From NCBI GenBank assembly GCA_964415895.1, contig CAYQCC010000003.1, positions 3,053 through 67,052 on the forward strand: 64,000 bases of DNA, in the 5' to 3' direction. Shown here piece after piece: positions 37,765-46,781 of the stretch. Within the stretch, counting starts at the first letter, position 1, and every line of letters starts with the position of its first letter. Both the position numbers and the translations under genes were made by a program. Below the pieces are notes generated by a model. It was not told the DNA's origin, did not search any database, and saw only the letters and a list, made by a program, of their open reading frames with translations. This DNA comes from an uncultured Candidatus Saccharibacteria bacterium. GTDB taxonomy: Bacteria > Patescibacteriota > Minisyncoccia > Phycocordibacterales > UBA1006.

Positions 37765-37836
37765 GCTTTCGTCGTTCAACGGATAGGACATAACTTTGCG
37801 GAAGTTAAGATCCAGGTTCGATTCCTGGCGAGAGCA
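37765..37836 (+). tRNA. tRNA-Arg(GCG)
   Basis: GCTTTCG/CGAGAGC acceptor, TAACT-TTGCGGA-AGTTA anticodon arm, GGTTCGATTCC. Confidence 0.95.
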
Positions 37837-37878
37837 CCTGCGAAATAAAGAAAAACACCGATTCCTAGGTGTTTTTCT

Positions 37879-38493
37879 TTATTCTTCAATTACTTTTGCA
37901 ATCGGTTTTCCGTTCTGGATCAGATATTTTTTAAGGGATCGGAATAACATCGTTCCAATCACAATGATGAATATGACAAGTATTATGTTTTGTATAATTC
38001 CTACTCCAGCAAGGACGCGTTCCAGCTGATTTCGCAAGAAGTAACCAACGCCGATGAAAAGACTTGTGTATATTGAAAGCGAAACAAATTCATATCCAAC
38101 AAATCGCTTGAAGGATATCTTGTAAAATCCTGCGAGGAATCCAGATAAGAATCGAAAATAAATCAAGAATCGAGCAAAAATAATAACGCGCTCCAATTTT
38201 TCATCTGTCATGTCGTTCAAGAAATCGAACTTATCGGCAAACAGTTTCTTGTAAAACTTGGTTGTGATTTTTGATCCATGATATGCCAACTGATACACTG
38301 CGAAATCTGCAACAAATAATCCTGCCATACAAACTGGTATAAGTATCGCAAGATGAAACACGCCGATTCCTGCTAAATATCCAAATGAGATCAATGTGAC
38401 TTCCTCGGGAAATGGCAAAACGATCATTGCTAGCATCGAAATTCCAAACACTCCTAAATATGATAATCCGCCCAATTGATGAATAAACTCCAT
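37879..38493 (-). CDS. DedA family membrane protein
   Basis: PFPEE..L...G.L, ARF....R......AG. Confidence 0.9.
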   Translation of the reverse strand: MEFIHQLGGLSYLGVFGISMLAMIVLPFPEEVTLISFGYLAGIGVFHLAILIPVCMAGLFVADFAVYQLAYHGSKITTKFYKKLFADKFDFLNDMTDEKLERVIIFARFLIYFRFLSGFLAGFYKISFKRFVGYEFVSLSIYTSLFIGVGYFLRNQLERVLAGVGIIQNIILVIFIIVIGTMLFRSLKKYLIQNGKPIAKVIEE

Positions 38494-38502
38494 AGAATAA
38501 TA

Positions 38503-38781
38503 CTATTGTACCACATTTGCACCTTGCGCCCAAGACACTAATTGCTTGTAGGTTACCTCGCCACACAACACAACATTGGTCATCGTATTTATGAAAACAG
38601 GAATTCCTGGACAATCCGTTTCGCGCGTATAATTTTCCATTAATCGATAATTAGATTCGTTCGTCCAAACTTCGCGTTCGTCGACAATAATCCCAAATTC
38701 TGTTTCCATTCGAGAAATTAATCGACGCATTATTTCACAATGGTCGCAATCCGCGCCAGAGAAAAAGAGTAAGTGGTTCAT
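38503..38781 (-). CDS. Thioredoxin/glutaredoxin-like protein
   Basis: CDHC, C.GIP.F, LCGE. Confidence 0.85.
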   Translation of the reverse strand: MNHLLFFSGADCDHCEIMRRLISRMETEFGIIVDEREVWTNESNYRLMENYTRETDCPGIPVFINTMTNVVLCGEVTYKQLVSWAQGANVVQ

Positions 38782-38821
38782 AAAAAAAGTATATCATATA
38801 ACAAAAAAATCCTATGAAGGA

Positions 38822-39070
38822 TTATTTTGCTTGTTTTTTAGCAACAGCTTTTGAAAGTCGTGACTTCTTTCGGCTTGCTGCATTTTTCTTGATAACGCCG
38901 CGTTTTGCCGCTTTATCAATTGCTTGGAATGCTTTTGAAAGGTCTTCAGCTGCACTTGAAACCTTTACAGATTTCACAGCAACTTTCATAGCACGACGAC
39001 GTCGGTCATTCAATACTCGTTTTCGAGCTGCTACGCGCAACGCTTTTTTTGCATTTTGGAGATTAGGCAT
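38822..39070 (-). CDS. rpsT: 30S ribosomal protein S20
   Basis: MPN...AKKALR, IDKAAKRGVIKKNAASRKKSRL. Confidence 0.97.
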   Translation of the reverse strand: MPNLQNAKKALRVAARKRVLNDRRRRAMKVAVKSVKVSSAAEDLSKAFQAIDKAAKRGVIKKNAASRKKSRLSKAVAKKQAK

Positions 39071-39240
39071 AATTAATTAAATAGGTTTGAGAGCGTTTCA
39101 AATAATATGTCACATAGTCGGTAGAATATGTGACGATGAAACAAGTGAATATCTGTCAGGAGAACAGAGGCTTGATTCATTGAACTGCCCACACAATATA
39201 GCACAGTTTTTAATTTCTGCAACCAGTGAATTATATAGGC

Positions 39241-39813
39241 TTATTTCCCAAGAATCTTCAAAGCTTCACGGATAATACGACTTGTGTCACCGTCATCGGT
39301 GTCGATTGATTGGATAGAAATGCGTATAACACGTTCGTGATAGCCCATAGCAAGCAAGGCATCCACTACGTCACGGATATGGTCGGATTCCACATGGCCA
39401 TGTTCCATTGATAGTTTTTCAACCTTATCTTTCAATTCCAGTACAATTTTCTCGGCAGTTTTTTTGCCTATTCCTGATACTTGCGTTAGATATGCAACGT
39501 TTTCTGTCTTGATAGCATGAATCAACGAACCCATATCTGCTACTGACAATATTCCAAGAGCGGATTTTGGTCCAATTCCTGAAACGTTTAAAAGGAGTTC
39601 AAATACGTCTTGGGCAGATAGTGATTCAAACCCAAACAAATCAAGAGCATCCTCGCGGACAGATGTGTAAATCCAAAGTGAGGTTTGTGCACCAACAACA
39701 GATTGCTGCAAGATTGGTGGCGCAACAAACACCTTATATCCAACACCACCCGTATCAATCACGATATATTTTTCCGTAACGGCAATAATAGTGCCCGATA
39801 AATAACTAATCAT
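39241..39813 (-). CDS. ruvA: Holliday junction branch migration protein RuvA
   Basis: MISYLSG, GVGY, VRED...LFGF, VSGIGPKSAL, GIGKKTAEKIVLELKDK. Confidence 0.96.
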   Translation of the reverse strand: MISYLSGTIIAVTEKYIVIDTGGVGYKVFVAPPILQQSVVGAQTSLWIYTSVREDALDLFGFESLSAQDVFELLLNVSGIGPKSALGILSVADMGSLIHAIKTENVAYLTQVSGIGKKTAEKIVLELKDKVEKLSMEHGHVESDHIRDVVDALLAMGYHERVIRISIQSIDTDDGDTSRIIREALKILGK

Positions 39814-39836
39814 ATGCGTCAGTATATCACATGTAT

Positions 39837-39969
39837 TGTCATTCCCGCGAAGGCGGGAATCTGTATGAGACCAGTTCATTCGGGTACTCATTTTTTATAA
39901 GAATATAGCTCATAAAATCTACAGATGCAGTTCTGCAAATCATGGATTCCCGCCTTCGCGGGAATGACA
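39837..39969. repeat. Inverted pair of REP-like palindromes (dRS3/RPE-type ATTCCC-N8-GGGAAT)
   Basis: TGTCATTCCCGCGAAGGCGGGAATC at 39837-39861 and its exact reverse complement at 39945-39969. Confidence 0.92.
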
Positions 39970-39996
39970 GCAAAATTCATGATATACTAATTTCAT

Positions 39997-40269
39997 ATGG
40001 CAGATGCTCCAAAAGATGGAAAAGACAAAGGTGGCGACAAAAAACCTTCCAGTGGTGGTGGGTCAAGTGGCGCAAGCTCTTTTTTGGCAATCTTACTGAT
40101 TCTGTTTATTTTATGGGTTATCAGCGGGGGACCTGAACGAAATCCCGAGTCACGATTCAATCAATTTATAGAGCCAATTGGTGTTAATGGTCATGTTGGT
40201 GAAACCTACCATGACGATCCATTTGGACAACCTGGCTCTGTGACAAACACGTTGCCGTTTCTAAAATAA
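39997..40269 (+). CDS. Small single-TM protein
   Basis: Low-complexity N-terminus, TM ending LW...GGPER. Confidence 0.75.
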   Translation: MADAPKDGKDKGGDKKPSSGGGSSGASSFLAILLILFILWVISGGPERNPESRFNQFIEPIGVNGHVGETYHDDPFGQPGSVTNTLPFLK

Positions 40270-40276
40270 GCTACAT

Positions 40277-40873
40277 ATGCATTACGTTATAATTGTTAAT
40301 GGACTGGGTGGCGAAACCACACCTTTACGATGGGCTACAGCATCTTGGAAACAATACGGGCTCACTCCGATAGTTTTTCATATCGACTGGAAGGAAAAGA
40401 ATACTAATTTAGAAAACAAATTGAATTCATTTTTGGAAAAGATAGACTCTCTAATATCTTCAGAAAACAAGGTATCACTGATTGGATGTAGCGCTGGCGC
40501 AGGATTTGTCTTGAATGCGTTTCTGGAACGAAGAAATGCTATTGATCATGTGATCAATATCTGCGGACCAGTAAGAATGGATCGTCCGCAAACAATAAAA
40601 CTTCGATCGATCTCATGGTGGAAAAATGTCAGCCCACTATTAATACAGTCGTTGACTAGGTTGGAAGACAACTTCCACAAACTAAGAGATTCTGATATAG
40701 AAAAAATAATGACTATACGTGCCGCGTTTGGAGACGAATTGGTCCCTTCAGAAACGATTATGGTCAAAGGTGCATATAATATAACCATTCCTACAATCGA
40801 ACATACCCTTTCTATTTATTTAGCACTTACTATATTTAAAAAAAGGTTAATCAAATTTCTGTATACAAAATAA
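40277..40873 (+). CDS. Alpha/beta hydrolase
   Basis: NGLG, GCSAG nucleophile elbow, DELVP, EH. Confidence 0.85.
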   Translation: MHYVIIVNGLGGETTPLRWATASWKQYGLTPIVFHIDWKEKNTNLENKLNSFLEKIDSLISSENKVSLIGCSAGAGFVLNAFLERRNAIDHVINICGPVRMDRPQTIKLRSISWWKNVSPLLIQSLTRLEDNFHKLRDSDIEKIMTIRAAFGDELVPSETIMVKGAYNITIPTIEHTLSIYLALTIFKKRLIKFLYTK

Positions 40874-40902
40874 AATCCTTAGAAGGATTTTATTTTGATT
40901 AT

Positions 40903-41117
40903 AGACTTTGTGTTTTATGTGCGCCCGGTAGGAATCGGTCACGATCGCATAGTCGCTATCGCTCCTTGCGCCCCGACCCGGACTCGCCGACAAAATTCTC
41001 ATGCTTCGAATTTCGTAGACCGGCTCCGTCTTTCGATTCCTCCGTACTTGGTAAAACACAAAAGCCTGAACGCTTTGCGTCCAGACTTTGTGTTTTATGT
41101 GCGCCCGGTAGGAATCG
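40903..41117. repeat. 180-bp tRNA-Lys-linked element bounded by 35-bp direct repeats
   Basis: AGACTTTGTGTTTTATGTGCGCCCGGTAGGAATCG at 40903-40937 and 41083-41117. Confidence 0.9.
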
Positions 41118-41172
41118 AACCTACGACCCTCTGCTTAAAAGGCAGGTGCTCTACCAGCTGAGCTACAGGCGC
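41100..41172 (-). tRNA. tRNA-Lys(TTT)
   Basis: GCGCCTG/CGGGCGC acceptor, TAGCTCAGCTGGTAGAGC D-arm, CTGC-CTTTTAA-GCAG, GGTTCGATTCC. Confidence 0.97.
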
Positions 41173-41213
41173 AATGTAGTTAAATATACACAATTTCTGT
41201 ATAATGACAAGAT

Positions 41214-41723
41214 ATGAAAGTTGTTAAACCTATCGAATCCCTAAATCTACCTCAAACAATCCTGATTCTAAACGATATCCGCAGCATAATCAATGTTGGT
41301 GCCATCTTTCGAACAGCAGACGCAGTTGGAATTAATCAGATCATCCTATCAGGCGTAAGTCCAGCCCCTATTGATCGATTTGGTCGTGTCCGCGGAGATT
41401 TTGCAAAGGCATCGCTTGGATCAGAGCATTCGGTTCCCTGGGAACAAGTTGAAGATATTATTAAGTCGATTAAAGACTTTAAAAAGCAAGGATATACGAT
41501 AATTGCGATCGAACAGGCTAAGAATTCCGTTCATTTCAAGAAATATTCCCAAATTGTGGATCAGAAAGTAGTTATTATCCCTGGAAACGAGGTTGATGGT
41601 GTGCCAAGCCCTATTTTAAAATTAGCAGACGTTATCCTAGAGTTGCCTATGCGAGGAATTAAGGAATCATTGAACGTATCCGTTGCGACAGGAATTATTT
41701 TGTATCACTTGTTAGATAATTAG
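41214..41723 (+). CDS. TrmH/SpoU family RNA methyltransferase
   Basis: IRS..NVGAIFRTADA.G, GNEVDG, LPM.G.KESLNVSVA.GI. Confidence 0.93.
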   Translation: MKVVKPIESLNLPQTILILNDIRSIINVGAIFRTADAVGINQIILSGVSPAPIDRFGRVRGDFAKASLGSEHSVPWEQVEDIIKSIKDFKKQGYTIIAIEQAKNSVHFKKYSQIVDQKVVIIPGNEVDGVPSPILKLADVILELPMRGIKESLNVSVATGIILYHLLDN

Positions 41724-41794
41724 TTATCCACAGTTTTATTTCTATTTACCATACAAACACTTGCGGTGTGTTTTTTGTTTAGGTATACTGTGGG

Positions 41795-41925
41795 TAGAGA
41801 TTTAGAAACCAAAAAGTACCTGAGTTCCAGATTGGAACAAATATTACAGTCTTTTTTAACTAAATGTACATTATATCTTGTTCCTCTCAACTACAAAAAC
41901 TTTTAGTTTTACAACTAAATCTCCT
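41795..41925 (+). ncRNA. Candidate long-hairpin sRNA (6S-like shape)
   Basis: TTGCGG-N17-TATACT promoter; nested stems GAGATTTAG/CTAAATCTC, AAAAGT/ACTTTT, TGAG/CTCA, GGAACAA/TTGTTCC, TACA/TGTA. Confidence 0.4.
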
Positions 41926-42056
41926 CAAAAATTTCATAACCGTGTTTAATTATTATTAAACACACGATCACACTTCATCTCTATATACCGATGTAAGTGT
42001 TTTTTATTACCTTGATTTTAAAACAAAAAAGAGTAATGTAGTGGAAAATAAAAATT

Positions 42057-42209
42057 ATGAAAAAAATTCATCCTTTCACTCATTCATTCTTCGTGTTCTT
42101 CTTCGTTCTGAGTCTCGGCTTTGGTATCTTTGCGAAAAATTGGACTATTTCAATCTCCATTGCTGCAATATATGTAATAATGGTTATGTTTATGCTAAAA
42201 AAGTCCTGA
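42057..42209 (+). CDS. Small two-TM membrane protein (50 aa)
   Basis: Hand translation MKKIHPFTHSFFVFFFVLSLGFGIFAKNWTISISIAAIYVIMVMFMLKKS*, followed by a terminator hairpin. Confidence 0.7.
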   Translation: MKKIHPFTHSFFVFFFVLSLGFGIFAKNWTISISIAAIYVIMVMFMLKKS

Positions 42210-42237
42210 TAAGCAATTGCTTATCAGGACTTAAAAA

Positions 42238-42864
42238 CTATAGATCTTTCCGTGATAATTTTAATAATACTTCTTCTAATCCTGTTTCAAGTTCACCACC
42301 TGTTTCTCGAGCTTGTGAATAGGCAGTTAGAAATGTTTTCAATGTTTTCTTGAACTCTGGCGTAATAGCTGGTTTTTTCTTTGCAATATCTTTTAATTTC
42401 CACCATAGGATTCCAAAAATTGCTTCTGGTGCTTGGTTTTCAGCAAGGAGTTCTTGGTATGTTGTCCATAATCCAGAGGAGCTTCCTGATGATAATTGAT
42501 TTGCAATAGCAAACGGGTTTGATTTTTCAGATGTTTTTTTCTCTGCGTATTCCTGTAATTGATGGGTTGGCATCGATTTTAGAAATGCGACAGGAAAAGA
42601 ATCTTCTGACCAAACAACGATGGTCGATTCCGAGATACTTGAAAGAGTGTCGATAATCTTATTCCATAATTCTCGATCAATATCTGATAAGAAAATTAGC
42701 TGATCATTTCCAAATAAATTTTGTGCAGTTAGTGCATGTGTAATTTCTGTTGCGTCGCCATCAAATCCACTGAATCGTATCATGTCATGATTCGGATAAT
42801 CTGATTTTATAATTGAAAGAATATCTTCACGTGGAAATTTTTTATATAAATAGATCATAGCCAC
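42238..42864 (-). CDS. holA: Shortened DNA polymerase III delta subunit (HolA-like)
   Basis: MIYLY, QNLFG, NPFAIAN, PE.IFGILWW..K, LE...L. Confidence 0.65.
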   Translation of the reverse strand: MAMIYLYKKFPREDILSIIKSDYPNHDMIRFSGFDGDATEITHALTAQNLFGNDQLIFLSDIDRELWNKIIDTLSSISESTIVVWSEDSFPVAFLKSMPTHQLQEYAEKKTSEKSNPFAIANQLSSGSSSGLWTTYQELLAENQAPEAIFGILWWKLKDIAKKKPAITPEFKKTLKTFLTAYSQARETGGELETGLEEVLLKLSRKDL

Positions 42865-43355
42865 ATGCGAACCTGCGCGCAGTACTTAATATATTCTTCA
42901 CCACAAAATGCAGTCATATGTTTCTCGACGATTGGGATAATAATCCATGATAATACTGACGAAATAACCCATGCACAAATAATAATAGTGATTGAGTTTA
43001 CAAAAAATCCAAATCCAAAAAATAGCAATAGAAATCCGATTGTTCCGGGATGACGACTGTATTTATAAATTCCACGTGACAAATCATTACAAGTCATTTC
43101 GCCTGAAAATAACTGAGAAAGTTTGTGGTGAGAAAATTCACACCATGCAACCATAACCGTTCCCCACACAAAAAAGATAACACCCATTACAATAGCTGTT
43201 GTTGGTGAGTGAAAAAGACGCTGGGGAAATACCCGGAATAATAGTAATGCAATAATGAGAGCGACCAAAAATAATACAGGTATGTAAAATGCAGATAATT
43301 TATAATATTTTAATTTGGCGGGTTCCTGTTCCATAATGAAAGTATTGCACAGCAA
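42855..43355 (-). CDS. ICMT/PEMT-family membrane methyltransferase-like protein
   Basis: GIYKYSRHP...G, E..M...CGEEY..Y...VR.W. Confidence 0.8.
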   Translation of the reverse strand: MLCNTFIMEQEPAKLKYYKLSAFYIPVLFLVALIIALLLFRVFPQRLFHSPTTAIVMGVIFFVWGTVMVAWCEFSHHKLSQLFSGEMTCNDLSRGIYKYSRHPGTIGFLLLFFGFGFFVNSITIIICAWVISSVLSWIIIPIVEKHMTAFCGEEYIKYCAQVRMWL

Positions 43356-43387
43356 ACAAAAAAAGCAAACATTTGCTTTTTTAATGA

Positions 43388-45868
43388 TTAAACTAAAGGC
43401 TCTAAATGATTTAAATCACGCCCTGCTTCCACTGAAACAGTAATCGGAATATCAAGCGTTTTTGCCACTGTAGTATCGACAATATTCATATGTCGCGTAA
43501 TAACTGATTCCATAAGCTCTTTCAGAATCTTTCCAAATGGTTTCACTAAATCATCTGCAACTTCGTATACAATTTCATCGTGAATTTGTAAGACTGGAAA
43601 GACTTTATCTTGCCAATCCTTTTCCTTGATAGCCATGTCAATATCGACCATCGCTAATTTCACAATATCAGCGTTGGTTCCTTGAATTGGTGCATTAATC
43701 GCTGTTCGTTCGGCAAGCGCAATCATAAACGGCAATTTTGAGCGAAACATGGGGAAATTACGCACTCGTCCAAATAATGTTTTTGTCTCAAGCGTTTCTT
43801 TTGCATTTTTCTTTACATTATCAATATATTCACGGATGGCTGGAAATTCATTAAAATATGCCTCGTAAAATTGTTCAGCTTCCCCACGCGTTCCACCAAG
43901 ATTTTTCTGAAGTGAAGAAATCCCCATTCCGTATAAAATTCCAAAATTAATAATCTTTGCATCGCGACGATGACTTTTTGTAACTTCTGATTCTGGAATT
44001 TTTAATACGCGCGAAGCAACAGCCGTATGGATATCTCGGTTTGTTTTAAATACATCGTGCAAAATTGCATCACCTGACAACATTGCTAATACGCGCAGTT
44101 CAATTTGCGAATAATCGGCTGAAATTAATGTATGACCTGGAGCTGCAACAAACGCAGTTCGGATGGCTCGACCCACGTCTGTACGAATTGGAATATTCTG
44201 GAGATTTGGATTCTGTGAAGAGAATCGACCCGTGGTTGTTCCATGCTGCAAGAATTGTGCATGTAAACGCATTCCACTATCAAGCAACGTTGGCAGTGTA
44301 TCAATATAAGTGCCAACCAATTTTTGAAGTTCGCGGTAGTCTATAATTTTTTGAACTAATGGGTGAGCGTCAGTTAATTCTTCAAGAATATCGCCACGTG
44401 TTGAAAAACTTCCTGTTTTATTTTTCTTTCCTTTTGGTTTTAAGCCAAGTTCGTTGAATAAAAATTCAGATAGTTGTTTTGGTGAATTAATGTTAAAAGG
44501 TTCCTTTGAAACGGAAAATATCTCTGCTGCAAGTTCATCAATTTTCTTATGGTATTCAGTTGAAAGATTCTCTAAATACTTTTTATCAATCATAATTCCG
44601 TGCTCGGTCATAGCGTGCACCACAGGAATCAACGGCTTTTCAATATTGTTGAAAATATCAAGCAGTTTCTTTTCTTTCAGTTTTTTCAAGATAACTGCAA
44701 GCGCCTGATCTACTGTTTCGGTTTCTGTTTCTCGTAACACCTCTGCTGTACTTGGGTGTGCCATATCAGAATTTAATACCCACAATCCAACGGACGCGGC
44801 AAATGCTGTATTCCAATTTTCAGAAGTTTCAGGTATTTCTTCAAATGAAATTTCATTTTTTATAGGACTATCAAAATCATCATCGATTGTTTCATTTGGT
44901 GCGTATATTTTCTTTGGGGCTTTCACTGGCAATACAGCTGAAAATAAATGTTCGAATTTTGAAATAAGAGACCTGAATTCATATTCGCGGATCAGTCGTA
45001 CCATCTTTTCAGCATCATACTGATCTTTAAATGTTTTTTCTGGTAATTCAAAAGTAATTGGCGCATCACGGCGAATGGTCGCAAGTATTTTTGAAAACTG
45101 TGCGCCTTCCTCGTGTTCGGTTAGTAAATCCAATATTCGTGGTTTAATTCCTGCGTCCAAAAATGGCTGTCGATCTGTATGTAGCTTTTTGTAAATTTCT
45201 TCAATTGTTCCAAATTTTGTAATTAAATCGGTTGCAGTTTTTTCGCCAATCCCGGGCACACCAATAATATTATCAGATGGATCACCACGAAGACCTTTAT
45301 AGTCTGCAACGAAACTTGGAGGAAATTTATATCGCTCAACGACATCTGATTCTTTGTAAATCATTGTTTCTTGGATTCCCTTTTTCATTGTATAGACAAC
45401 AACTCGATCATTATCCACCAACTGCAGTGTATCCATATCGCCTGAAACAATCACAATACGCATAGTTGGATGAGATTCGGTTACTTGTTCAACAATCGTA
45501 CCTAACATGTCGTCAGCCTCGAATCCTGGGGCCTCGTAAACAGGAACGTGCAAAGCATGAAACACGTTTCGCGACTCATCGATTTGAATCTTTAATGAAT
45601 CCTCTGTCGCTTTTCGTCCTTTTTTATAACCATCATAACTTTCATGACGAAATGTTGGTTGCGGTAAATCATAACACGCAATCACGTAATCTGGCTTCAA
45701 GTCAGTCAGCATTTTCAGAAACATATTCAAAAGACCATAGAGTGCGCCAGTTGGAACACCAAGTGACGACGTAAAATCAGGCACAGCGTGGTATGCGCGA
45801 TGTAAAATAGCATGCGTATCAAGTAATACCAGCGTTTTAACGTCGGATTGTTTAGGAGATTTTGCCAT
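43388..45868 (-). CDS. polA: DNA polymerase I
   Basis: 5'-3' exonuclease (LD..AI.HRAYHA, EADD, GDPSDNI.GV.GIG); polymerase ADYSQIELR, AK.INFGILYG, LQIHDEI; reduced 3'-5' exo region. Confidence 0.97.
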   Translation of the reverse strand: MAKSPKQSDVKTLVLLDTHAILHRAYHAVPDFTSSLGVPTGALYGLLNMFLKMLTDLKPDYVIACYDLPQPTFRHESYDGYKKGRKATEDSLKIQIDESRNVFHALHVPVYEAPGFEADDMLGTIVEQVTESHPTMRIVIVSGDMDTLQLVDNDRVVVYTMKKGIQETMIYKESDVVERYKFPPSFVADYKGLRGDPSDNIIGVPGIGEKTATDLITKFGTIEEIYKKLHTDRQPFLDAGIKPRILDLLTEHEEGAQFSKILATIRRDAPITFELPEKTFKDQYDAEKMVRLIREYEFRSLISKFEHLFSAVLPVKAPKKIYAPNETIDDDFDSPIKNEISFEEIPETSENWNTAFAASVGLWVLNSDMAHPSTAEVLRETETETVDQALAVILKKLKEKKLLDIFNNIEKPLIPVVHAMTEHGIMIDKKYLENLSTEYHKKIDELAAEIFSVSKEPFNINSPKQLSEFLFNELGLKPKGKKNKTGSFSTRGDILEELTDAHPLVQKIIDYRELQKLVGTYIDTLPTLLDSGMRLHAQFLQHGTTTGRFSSQNPNLQNIPIRTDVGRAIRTAFVAAPGHTLISADYSQIELRVLAMLSGDAILHDVFKTNRDIHTAVASRVLKIPESEVTKSHRRDAKIINFGILYGMGISSLQKNLGGTRGEAEQFYEAYFNEFPAIREYIDNVKKNAKETLETKTLFGRVRNFPMFRSKLPFMIALAERTAINAPIQGTNADIVKLAMVDIDMAIKEKDWQDKVFPVLQIHDEIVYEVADDLVKPFGKILKELMESVITRHMNIVDTTVAKTLDIPITVSVEAGRDLNHLEPLV

Positions 45869-45920
45869 GGAATCATTATAGCACAGCACACCTCTTGAAT
45901 CTTTTTTAATATGTTATGAT

Positions 45921-46421
45921 ATGAATATGAAAATTATCGCCATTGACCCAGGGTATGATCGTGTTGGGGTCGCAATCCTTCAAAAACCAAATTCTGGAAA
46001 GGAACAAGTTCTCTACTCGACCTGTATAACAACTAATCGCAAGGCTGATTTTTACGATCGATTGAAAGATGTTCAGGCAAGACTGTCCGTAGTAATCGAA
46101 GAATATGCGCCAAATATAATGATTATGGAAGAATTGTTTTTTGCCAATAACTCGCCAACCGCACTTCACGTAGCAGAAGCTCGAGGCATTATCAGTGGCG
46201 AGGCATTGCGACAAGGCATCCAAGTGCGAGAAATACATCCTAATCACGTAAAAATTGCAATCACAGGTCATGGTGCCGCCAAAAAGGCAGATATACTGTG
46301 GATGATTCCGAAGTTGGTTGATATTGATGTTTCTGGGAAGCTTGATGATGAACTGGACGCTATTGCTATTGGTATCGCTTATTTTGCACATTTTAAATAT
46401 GAAACGTTATTAGGAAAATAA
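45921..46421 (+). CDS. ruvC: Crossover junction endonuclease RuvC
   Basis: AIDPG, EELFF, AEARG, VK.AITG.G.A.K, DDELDAIAI. Confidence 0.96.
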   Translation: MNMKIIAIDPGYDRVGVAILQKPNSGKEQVLYSTCITTNRKADFYDRLKDVQARLSVVIEEYAPNIMIMEELFFANNSPTALHVAEARGIISGEALRQGIQVREIHPNHVKIAITGHGAAKKADILWMIPKLVDIDVSGKLDDELDAIAIGIAYFAHFKYETLLGK

Positions 46422-46555
46422 AATGCTAAAATTGCTTGCAAAAAAATCTATATTTGATACAAATAGAACTAACCCGTCGCTCGCAGTTCTTGCAGTGGGG
46501 ATATTATAAGTCAACCAAGAATTATTTCTTGAATATTATTTATATATTTTAATAT

Positions 46556-46744
46556 ATGGAATTTGATGACGATACTGATTTTGCAGAAATACCAGCCGGA
46601 TATCATATTGCTGATGAAAGCGATACTGATGACGAGCTAGACGATGATATCTTTCCAAAGAAAAAAGTTACTGACGAGGATGAAGACGAATTCGACTTTG
46701 ACGAAACGCCTTTGGAAGATGACATAGAGAGCGAGTTATTCTAA
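46556..46744 (+). CDS. Small, extremely acidic protein (62 aa)
   Basis: About half Asp/Glu; own promoter-like region and terminator. Confidence 0.7.
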   Translation: MEFDDDTDFAEIPAGYHIADESDTDDELDDDIFPKKKVTDEDEDEFDFDETPLEDDIESELF

Positions 46745-46781
46745 TGCAAACTAAAAAACACACATATGTGTGTTTTTTAGT

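Noticed and set aside
37796-38029. 77-aa ORF
   Set aside because: Overlaps tRNA-Arg, a terminator and the antisense of dedA
39814-40136. RuvA N-terminal extension and ORF 39942..40136 containing DSRLRGND
   Set aside because: Translation of the REP-like palindromes; RuvA starts at MISYL (39813)
40895-41217. ORFs 40895..41161, 40966..41217 and 40847..41059
   Set aside because: They overlap tRNA-Lys and its repeat; the repeated DFVFYVRPVGI is just the DNA duplication
45906-46391. 161-aa minus ORF and other antisense ORFs inside long genes
   Set aside because: Shadow frames of well-supported genes such as ruvC, polA, hsdR and PBP1a
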